This document shows, piece after piece, positions 54,640-64,000 of a stretch of 64,000 nucleotides of DNA. The position numbers and the translations under genes are program-made. The notes beneath the pieces were generated by a model. The model did not search any database. It saw nothing but the letters and a program-made list of their open reading frames with translations, and was not told where the DNA came from. Position 1 is the stretch's first letter; every line of letters starts with the position of its first letter. The DNA is from Octopus sinensis (lineage: Eukaryota), in assembly GCF_006345805.1 (NCBI RefSeq), contig NC_043001.1:108934001-108998000 (forward strand), given 5' to 3'.

Positions 54640-55384
54640 AGGTCTCATATAAATCCAATACAATGCATACTCACTCGTACACGCACAGAGAAACACATAC
54701 ACACATACACTCACACACAGAGAAACACATACACACATACACTCACACACAAATATCTATGCTACACTCATTTGATTTATATGGTAAAACATACCTTTAT
54801 TGATTTCAAACTTAAAGGTGAGAGAACAATACAACACTATCAAATGAAAGTAGTTTTCGCCATGTCACTATCTTTTAATATCATATATCGTTGAATGTCT
54901 TAGAAACAGTAGCAAATTAACCCTCATCTCATATCAAGTGATTTTAAAACAAATACCAAAAATTCAATAATGTAATCTCAGATACAATTTTGGAATATTT
55001 TTTTATATCAAGTTTGTTTTGGATTAAATATTTGGAAGAATGCAAACCTACATCACGACCAGGCCCGTCAAGAAAATCACGACATTATCAATGAGAAAGC
55101 CAGTAAGTGATTGCTCGATCTGCTGAAAATAGTAGCATATTCTCCCTAAAGTTTTACTATCTCTCGTGTCAAAAAATAAGTGACGGATTAGATACCGTGT
55201 CTCTGGTCTAGACAAACTGTTTCTGATTTCTGATTCGAACAGTTGATAGTCACGGATAGAGAAAATTTGATCACATGTCCGATCAATGAGAACCAGTACT
55301 TCATGGTAAAAAAAAGAACAAGAACACTACAAAAAGATATTTAAAAAATATGATGCTATGATGCTAGGTGCTTCCATTATTTTC

Positions 55385-55630
55385 TCCAGCTTCCGTATGT
55401 GTGTGTGTGTGTGTGCGCGTGTGTGTGTTTGTCTATGTTTGTCCCCCACTGTCGCTCAACAACCGATGCTGATGTATTTACGTACCCGTAACTTAGCGGT
55501 TAGGCCAAAGAGACCGACGGAATAAGTACTAGGCTTACGAAGAATAAGTCCTACTATCGATTTGTTCAGCTAGAAGGCGGTGCTCCAGCATGGCCGCAGT
55601 CAAATGACTGAAACAAATAAAAGAATAAAA
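55385..55630 (+). mobile_element. SINE F1 tail preceded by (TG)n
   Basis: F1 tail sequence. Confidence 0.8.
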
Positions 55631-55685
55631 GAACAAAAGAATCCATTTGACCTCTACAGAACAGGTATTACACTGTCCTAATAAG

Positions 55686-56008
55686 GAGCACTCTGCCGGT
55701 TACGACGTCGAGGGTCCCATCTGATACGACCAACGGAACAGCTTGCTCGTGAAAATAAATGGGCAAGTGGCTGAGTACTCCACAGACACCTGTAACGTTA
55801 ACGTAGTTCTCAGCGAGATTGAGCGTGACACAGAGTTTGACAAGGATGGCCCTTTGAAATATAAATACAACTCATTTTTTACCAGCTGAGTGGAGTGGAG
55901 CAACGTGAAATAAATTGTCTTGGTCAGGGGCACAACGCGTCACCGGGAATTGAACTCACGGCCTTACGATCGTGAGCCGAATGCCCTAACCACTAAGCCA
56001 CTCACCTT
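55686..56008 (-). mobile_element. SINE F3 with tail type a and a 15-bp TSD
   Basis: cactgtcctaataag at 55671-55685 and 56009-56023. Confidence 0.9.
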
Positions 56009-56289
56009 CACTGTCCTAATAAGAGTCTTGCATTTTAGGACTCAGGTTTGTCCTTCAATCTTGCTTCATCGCGTTATATTATTTAAAGTTATATGGCAAT
56101 TGTCTTTGTGAGAAGAGAAGCAGTGAAATTTCCTTCCAGCAACACATAATCGTCTAAGAAAAATTCATACAGGATTAACAGGATATTGATGCGGCGTTGT
56201 GCCTGGGGTTGAAAAAGAACTGTAGTGTCATTTTTGCTTATTCAGTTACAACATGGGACCAAACACCACCACCACCACCACCACCACCC

Positions 56290-56385
56290 TTCTGCTCCTC
56301 CTGCTCCTCCTGCACTTCCTGCTCCTCCTGCACCTCCTGCTCCTCCTGCACCTCCTGCTCCTCCTGCACCTCCTGCTTCTCATCA
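56290..56385. repeat. 18-bp minisatellite (CTGCTCCTCCTGCACCTC), about 4-5 copies
   Basis: Direct reading; adjacent to (CAC)n. Confidence 0.85.
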
Positions 56386-57039
56386 TCAACATTATCTTCA
56401 TTGTAATCAGACACATCAATAGAATAAAAGTTGATTTGTGAATTACAAGCAAGTTAGATTAAGATTGCCAGTTAAAATCAGTGCGAATGATATGAAATAT
56501 ATAAATGATGAAAAAGAGACCGTTGGATTGAATGTATTTGAGAGTCTGGTTAAGATTTTCTGTCTACCAATGTAGAAAGTGTGAGAAAGAAAGAAAAAGG
56601 GGGAAAATATATATGAAACCGGAAGAGGGAAAGGAAACGAGGATGACAATGAAAAAAGAAAAGAGGGAAAGGCAGAAAGAGAGGAAGGAGCAGTGAGTGA
56701 GAAGTGGAGAGACTGATGTGATAGAGAGAGAAAGAGAGATATATTGATAGATTGATTGATTGATTGAGAGAAACAGAGAGAGAGAGAGAGAGCGAGAAAG
56801 AAAGAAAGAGCGGAATGAGGGAGAAATAGACAGAAGAGCGAAGGAAATATAAAGGACGAGTAATGGTGGTGGGAAAGTATTATACATACATACACACGCA
56901 CATATACACATATACATATACATACAAATATATATGTATGTGTATAAATATATTATATATGTATATGTACACATATATATGTATCTATCCATCTTTCTAT
57001 CTATATACATGTATGTGTGTATATGTATGTGTGTGTGTG

Positions 57040-57092
<53 letters not shown>

Positions 57093-57194
57093 CACACACA
57101 TACACATACAAACATATATATGTATATATATACAAACAAATATATATACAAACACACACACATATATATATATGTATGTGTGTATGTGTATGTG

Positions 57195-57228
<34 letters not shown>

Positions 57229-58604
57229 ATACACAAACAAATATATGTATACATATATACAAACACACTTATATATGCATATATGTGTATATATATATAT
57301 TTATATATACATGGAGAGAGTGAGAGAGAGTGAGAGAGAAAGTGACAGAGAGAGAGAGAGAGAGAGAGAAAGAAAGAAAGAATGAAGGAGAGAGGGGAGT
57401 TGGAAGGACAGGAAAGAGAAGGAGAGAACCTCAACGGTAGATTTGCCAAGAAAACGACAGCCAGAGACTAAGCGGTTCGGAGTAAAATGTTAATATTCCT
57501 TGTCATAAATCATTAAAATGCTGCTTGTAAATGTAATATTGACGTTGTTTGCAGGCATTTGAAGTATTCTATATTTTGCCAGTATTTTTTTTTTTTGCAT
57601 TTTTTTCCCTCTCGTCTTAGTTGTACGTTATTTTGTAATTTTAACTTTGAGTTCTTTTTTCGAATGCGTAAACGAATGTTTACCGAATTTATCAAAACAG
57701 AAAGGATAACGCCAAGACAACGTCATTTGGAAAGTTATATACACTGCAATTACAGACCATTTAATCGTTCAAAAGTTCGATATTGTTTTTTGTTTTTTTT
57801 TGTAATATTACATTACGTTATTTTGCTGTTTTCTTCTAGTTTTATTACCAAGACGCCATTTCAAAAGAAATGAGTGCAAAGATCATTAAAGAATCATTCT
57901 GGATTGGATAATCTTTAATTAACCCCAAATCACTGCTCTGGAGGGAAAAAAATATCGTTAAAATGTTTAATAGCTTTCTCCATGTTCTATGTCCAATAAA
58001 ATAATATATATAAAACCACCGAGAATGTTGTATATTATATATTACAAAATAACAAAATGAAAAGCCAAACATCAAGGATAATCTTGCATGTTAATTTGAC
58101 AATAATTTAATTTCTTTTTTATATCTTAATTAGTTCTGGAACATATTGTAACAGTTGGTTTATGCTGACTCTATTGACAAGGTAACTTGATTAAATAATA
58201 TAGGGTAGGTGTTTGGTTTAATTAGATCAAACACGCTATTTATTGCTCTTTACTTTAAGACCCTAGTGGGATGAAAGGCAAAATTTTCCTTCGGAGAGAT
58301 TTGATTGAACGAAAATGATTAAAGATCAATGTGCTAAAATGTTTAGTTCGAAGGTATAGAGTTTCCACTAAATGCGCCACTGTTTCGTATACAAATTAGC
58401 GTGGCTGTGTGGTAAGAAGTTTGCTCCCCAACCACATGGTTCCGGGTTCACTGCCACTGCATGTCAACTTGCGGTTGTGTAATTCCCTTTATGGGACTGT
58501 CACGTTAAGTCGACAGAATACAACTGCTCTATCGTTTCACCACTGCTTATATCTCTTTGAGATATTTAGAAATTTAATATTTCTAATTTTGGTGATCAGT
58601 GAAT

Positions 58605-58965
58605 ATACTGCCGTTACATTCTGAGTTCAAATTCCACCGAGGTCGACTTTGCCTTTCATCCTTTCGGGGTCGATAAATTAAGCACCAGTTACGCACTGGG
58701 GTCGATATAATCGACGTAATCCATTTGTCTCTCCTTGTTTGTCCCTTCTGTGTTTAGCCCCTTGTGGGTAGTAAAGAAATAGGTATTTCGTCTGTCTTTA
58801 CGTTCTGAGTTCAAATTCCACCGAGATTGATTTTGCCTTTCATCCTTTCGGGGTCGATAAATTAAGTACCAGTTACGCACTGGAATCGAGGTAATCGACT
58901 TAATCCGTTTGTTTGTCCTTGTTTGTCCCCTCCGTGCGTAGTCCCTTGTGGGCAGTAAAGAAATT
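58605..58965 (+). mobile_element. SINE F2 A+A dimer
   Basis: Junction gtaaagaaatag|gtatttcgtctg at ~58782. Confidence 0.85.
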
Positions 58966-60418
58966 ATTTAAAAAATGCAACCATCTTGCCATTATATATT
59001 TAGTAAGAGGTTATCGACAGGGAACGGTGAAAATAAGGCAACGAATTGGCGCAGTCATTATACATTAAGCAAAATACCCAGCAGTATGAGAGCCACGGGT
59101 CTTTCTACTGTGAGTTGAAGCCTTTTTTTAAAGTGAGGTTTTATATTTTTATCTTCTGGTGTTGATGAATAAAATTCCAGTTATATACATCAGTGGTTTC
59201 TTATCTTTTTGAGTGTGGAAGACATTAATCCTTAAGAAAGATTATGTCCCATCCAACAGAAAGGAGACTTTTTCAATCACGAATCTAGCATATAAACAAA
59301 CAAATAGATATATCACAGAAAATATAATCAGATTATATTTAGTCTGTAAAAGAAAATATTTCCAAATTATCCTTGAAAGAACTGTTAAAATAAATTAAAA
59401 TTAGTTATTAAAACTGTAAATAACGTAGAAGTAGTAAACTGTGTAAATTTTGACAATTTCGTTTTTTCAAATCCTGAAATTATATTTATTTATAGCTTTT
59501 CTTGAAAAACTTCTGTTGATAATGAAAAAGCAATTATACCGACAGTTTAATTTCGATCCTAATTACCGTATTTCTATGTAATGGACGTATTAATTAAGAA
59601 TAAAGTGTGTGTTTGGCTTCTGATAATTCTGTTTGCATTAATGTTGATGTATGAACAAACTCTTGTTTTAGACGATGTAAAAAGCAAAAGAGAATACAAA
59701 AGAAAAAAAATACAAAAATGACAAAATTTATAAACAATTTCATATATATTCTGAATAGACTTTGACGCGGTTTTGGAAAAGTTTTGTAATTCATAAAATA
59801 TCTGCGGTAAGTGCACAAGTCGAAACGTGAGCTCCGAAGGTTCTTCTAATCTGCTATTCATATCAGTCGAATGGCCGAAGCAGTTTCAAAACATAAGGAG
59901 ACATTAAATGACGTTGACACAGCAAACTCTTTCTACTTTCACAATTGCTGCAACTGGCCGGTTGACATGCTGTCACAGAGTCGATCATATTGATTCCAAT
60001 AGATGTTTCAATTTGGTATTTACTTTATTGATCTCCATTCCCCTTATCTCACGTGATTATGGATGTCTGTTAAAATGGCACAATAACTTCGTCATTTAGT
60101 CCGCTTGAGGAAGGGGAGAAATATAAACGGTTTTCACATTGGGTTCTAGAGACGATATATTTGGGCTGAAGTTAACGAAACTTATTCAATCCAAATGGTG
60201 CAACTCTTTCAAAAACACGATTCAATGCTCGTCATTTCATAAAATGTTCAAATGTCTTGTGAGAAGGAAGTACTGGCATATATGATACATAACGATTTTA
60301 TTGTTTCGTAACAGACAAATATATTACGGCGGCGAAATTCTTGGTGGGTTAGACGTATATGTATATATTTATATATATATATGGATGCATATGTACATAA
60401 TAGATACATATATATATG

Positions 60419-60534
<116 letters not shown>

Positions 60535-60649
60535 CATATATATATAGATATATATCCATATATGTATACATATATATAAGTACATATATATATACTTGTA
60601 TATATATATATATAATATATATATATATACATACATACATATACATACA

Positions 60650-60731
<82 letters not shown>

Positions 60732-60964
60732 CTCATCTATACACACGCAATCAAAGTGATCTGCAGTGGAATATATAGAAGTCAATTAACATAAGTATAT
60801 ATTCCTTCGCTGCTAGGCAATACTTGGAGTCTGTGTTATGGCTTCACGAAACTATGACTAAAGCCTAATCTCTGTGTTGTACATTTACCTTTCATGACTA
60901 ATGTTTGCTCAAAAGATAGTGTTATTTACGTATTCTCTACAGCTGAAAATGAAGTGTGCGTGTG

Positions 60965-61024
<60 letters not shown>

Positions 61025-61153
61025 ATATATATAAATATGTATATATATATGTGTGTATTTTGTACGTGAACATGTTTCTTTGAATGGATGGATGTTTTGA
61101 AAAAAGAGAGAGAGAATGACATACAAAGAAAAGTGAGAGAGAGAGCTTGATAT

Positions 61154-61243
<90 letters not shown>

Positions 61244-61448
61244 GTGTGTGTGTGTTAATGAATTACAGATTATGAAACGGACCCCGGGATAACTGGACAT
61301 CTATCGGACAAGTTATTACAATTAATTCTGCTTACTTCAGGCAAATGGAAGCTCACCGTCTTTCTTTTGGAGCAACAGGCAGTTTGATGATGACACTTCT
61401 AATGATGATGATGATGATGATGATGATAATGACGATCACAAGAGTAAG

Positions 61449-61527
<79 letters not shown>

Positions 61528-61697
61528 TTTCTACTACTAAGTCTTTTATCCTCAGGTCAACCTGACCGAGCAATCTGCGATAACGACTCACACATACTGT
61601 GTCAGCAACAATGCTGTAGAATGTGGCCATTCGATTCGAAGACGTTCGGTGTAATTTAGGTGCTGTTTCTGTCAGTAACAGCAATGAAGCTGGTAAT

Positions 61698-61883
61698 ATA
61701 GGCGCAGGCTTGGGTGTATGGTGAAAGGCTTTCTTCCCAACCATGTGGATTCGGGTTCAGTCCCACTGTGTGGTACCTTGGGTGTCTTCTACCATAGCCT
61801 GGGGTCGACCAAAGCCTTATGAATGAATTAGGGAGACCGAAACTGGAAGAAGCCCGTCGTATATACATACATACATACATACA

Positions 61884-61917
<34 letters not shown>

Positions 61918-62160
61918 CATACATACATATATACATACACACTCGCACACACATTTCTTTTATTTCTTTTACTTGTTTCACTCTGCAGCCATGCTGGAGC
62001 ACCGCCTTTAGTCGAACTAATCGACCCAGGACTTATTCTTTTTAAGCCTAGTACTTATTCTATCTGTCTCTTTACCGAACCGCTAAGTTACGGGGACATA
62101 AACACACCAGCATTTGTTGTCAAACGATGGTGGGTTGAACAACACAGACACACACACACA
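61698..62160. mobile_element. SINE F1 head (+) followed by a SINE F1 tail in inverted (-) orientation
   Basis: Head 61698-61862, (TACA)n, then the reverse-complement tail ~61955-62160. Confidence 0.75.
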
Positions 62161-63296
62161 CACGCATTTAACTGAAAAGCAGGATACGAAGAAATCCATA
62201 AACATTAAATAATTTACCTATGAAAAACTCCTATACACAGCCATACAGGACTATTCACATCCACGCGCGCAGGGACGGGCACGGACAGGTACGCATTGCA
62301 TAAACACCCCCCCCCACACACATATGGGAACACAAGATCACACAACCACGTAAACTCTCACACCACGCATACTCATATGCACACACACACTCACACGTAC
62401 ACAGAAACACACTCACATGTACACAGGAACACATACAAACATACAAGAACGCACATATACAAGAACGCATAAACGCATAAACGCATAAACGCAAGCATAC
62501 ACAGAGATACACATACACACATACGCAAGCATACACAGAGATACACATACACACATACGCTGGAATACTCTTACGTAAGCAAACACTCGAACATTCACAC
62601 ACACACACACATAAAAACATACGCACTCACAAAACTGACTCAAACACACGAAACACACTCTAGACTACACAGTTGTGCGCGCACACACATACTCACACAC
62701 ACGGACATGTGCACGTGCAGATACCTACCTAAAGATCTACACTCTACACCCATAAATTTTTACAGGGTGACAAGCGAATCCCAGTAGATCTGAGACCGAA
62801 CTTGCTTTGAATAAAAGGCTAAACCCTTAAGGAGATGTCGGTTGGTTTATCAACACACATGCACGCACACACACACAACACCAACACACAAACGCACGCT
62901 TACACACACTCACACATACAAGCAGTCAAGCAGGTGTACACACACAACTACACACACGAGTGGATGACCACCCCCTCTATCTACACAGACTTTTCGTTTA
63001 CTTTCAGCTTTACATCCTCTTTTAAGCAAACACGCAAGGGAGTATGCAAGAACACAGGCATAAGGCCAATTATCAGACAAATTTACAGCAAACCCAGGAG
63101 AGAGAGGAAAAGTATCTAAGTCACTAAAATGGTTGGAAATGATGACGTAAAAACAACTGATTGATTGTTTATCCAGCATAATAAACAAACAATCGATTAG
63201 TTAGCTGACCAGTTGATTAACAATAACGAAGTGGCATTGAACTAGTGTGAGTATTATTATCATTATTGGCGTAATGACCCACCCCAAGACACAACA

Positions 63297-63369
<73 letters not shown>

Positions 63370-63559
63370 CGTGTTGTGTCTTGGGGTGGGTCGTTTTCTT
63401 CGTCTGCCGCAAAGGCATTTATTTCCAAATACGCCAGCTAAGATAAGTTAAACTGTCTAAAGTCGTAAGACACCCGCTGTTTTTCTCCTGTTATTACTAT
63501 TCTTGTTTTTTATTTTTATTTTTGTTTTTTGTATTTATATTCGTGTGATATCGTCCGTT

Positions 63560-63775
63560 TTTCTGTCTTTGTTTCGTATACATTCGATCCTTTTTCCAAG
63601 AAATCTAATGCTCGTAGCATAGTTTTTCCTTGGGGCTGGCCGGATCGGAGCGATCTCAGGATTAATCAGCCGAAATTGCGAAGATGATCCGGTTCCTGAC
63701 TGAAGATTAGAGGCTTCGAATGACCCGTCCTTTTTTTGTGTGTTTTGCGTTCTTGTCCCATTTTGTATTTTTTAT
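63560..63775 (+). repeat. Interspersed repeat homologous to 2430-2625 and, more distantly, 22030-22290
   Basis: Shared tacattcg...aatctaatgctc.tagc...ggggctggcc segment; it ends at (TA)n. Confidence 0.6.
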
Positions 63776-63786
63776 ATATAATTTTT

Positions 63787-63882
<96 letters not shown>

Positions 63883-63885
63883 ATA

Positions 63886-63936
<51 letters not shown>

Positions 63937-64000
63937 TAATTACTGGTGAAGGTTGGTTTATAGCGTTACCCTGGAATTTCTCGCCATAAAGAGTACCTTT

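Noticed and set aside
59581-59990. Signal-peptide-like ORF (MDVLIKNKVCVWLLIILFALMLM...) and nearby small plus-strand exon candidates
   Set aside because: The splice sites are weak and the phases do not chain. Hydrophobicity is expected from T-rich DNA.
60889-60942. Minus-strand exon with strong splice sites (ttttcAG ... AAG|GTAAAT)
   Set aside because: All three frames contain stops. At most it is a UTR exon, and it shows that such site pairs arise by chance.
63650-63730. Hammerhead motif in the 2430/63560 repeat family (ctcagga...gaaa; ctgaaga...gaat)
   Set aside because: The core is incomplete and no stem II or stem I pairing can be drawn.

Overview
This is AT-rich eukaryotic (metazoan) genomic DNA, dominated by microsatellites ((TA)n, (CA)n, (TATC)n, (AAT)n, (CAT)n/(CAC)n) and transposon debris. 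The SINE families and the microsatellite load look like an octopus (cephalopod) genome; this is recalled resemblance, not a search result. I found no intact protein-coding gene, rRNA, true tRNA or CRISPR array. The ORF track is almost entirely microsatellite read-through, plus a few decayed transposon frames. Supported content: four tRNA-headed SINE families (my labels F1-F4; several with clear 11-18 bp target-site duplications, TSDs); decayed LINEs (RTE, CR1, Dong/R4-like and a probable ORF1 5' end); two mariner relics; two MITEs; one non-autonomous Helitron; and short Penelope-like units. The most interesting signal is seven ~135-225 bp units, six of them ending in (TA)n, each carrying a minimal hammerhead-ribozyme fold. 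Five share a non-canonical CUGUNGA core. Other notable structures are fixed-junction SINE concatemers, a 252-bp-period SINE array spaced by its own TSD, a SINE-mediated 1.29-kb tandem duplication and a ~395-bp tandem repeat. A few possible host exons are listed at low confidence only. Coordinates of degraded elements are approximate (about +/-20 bp).
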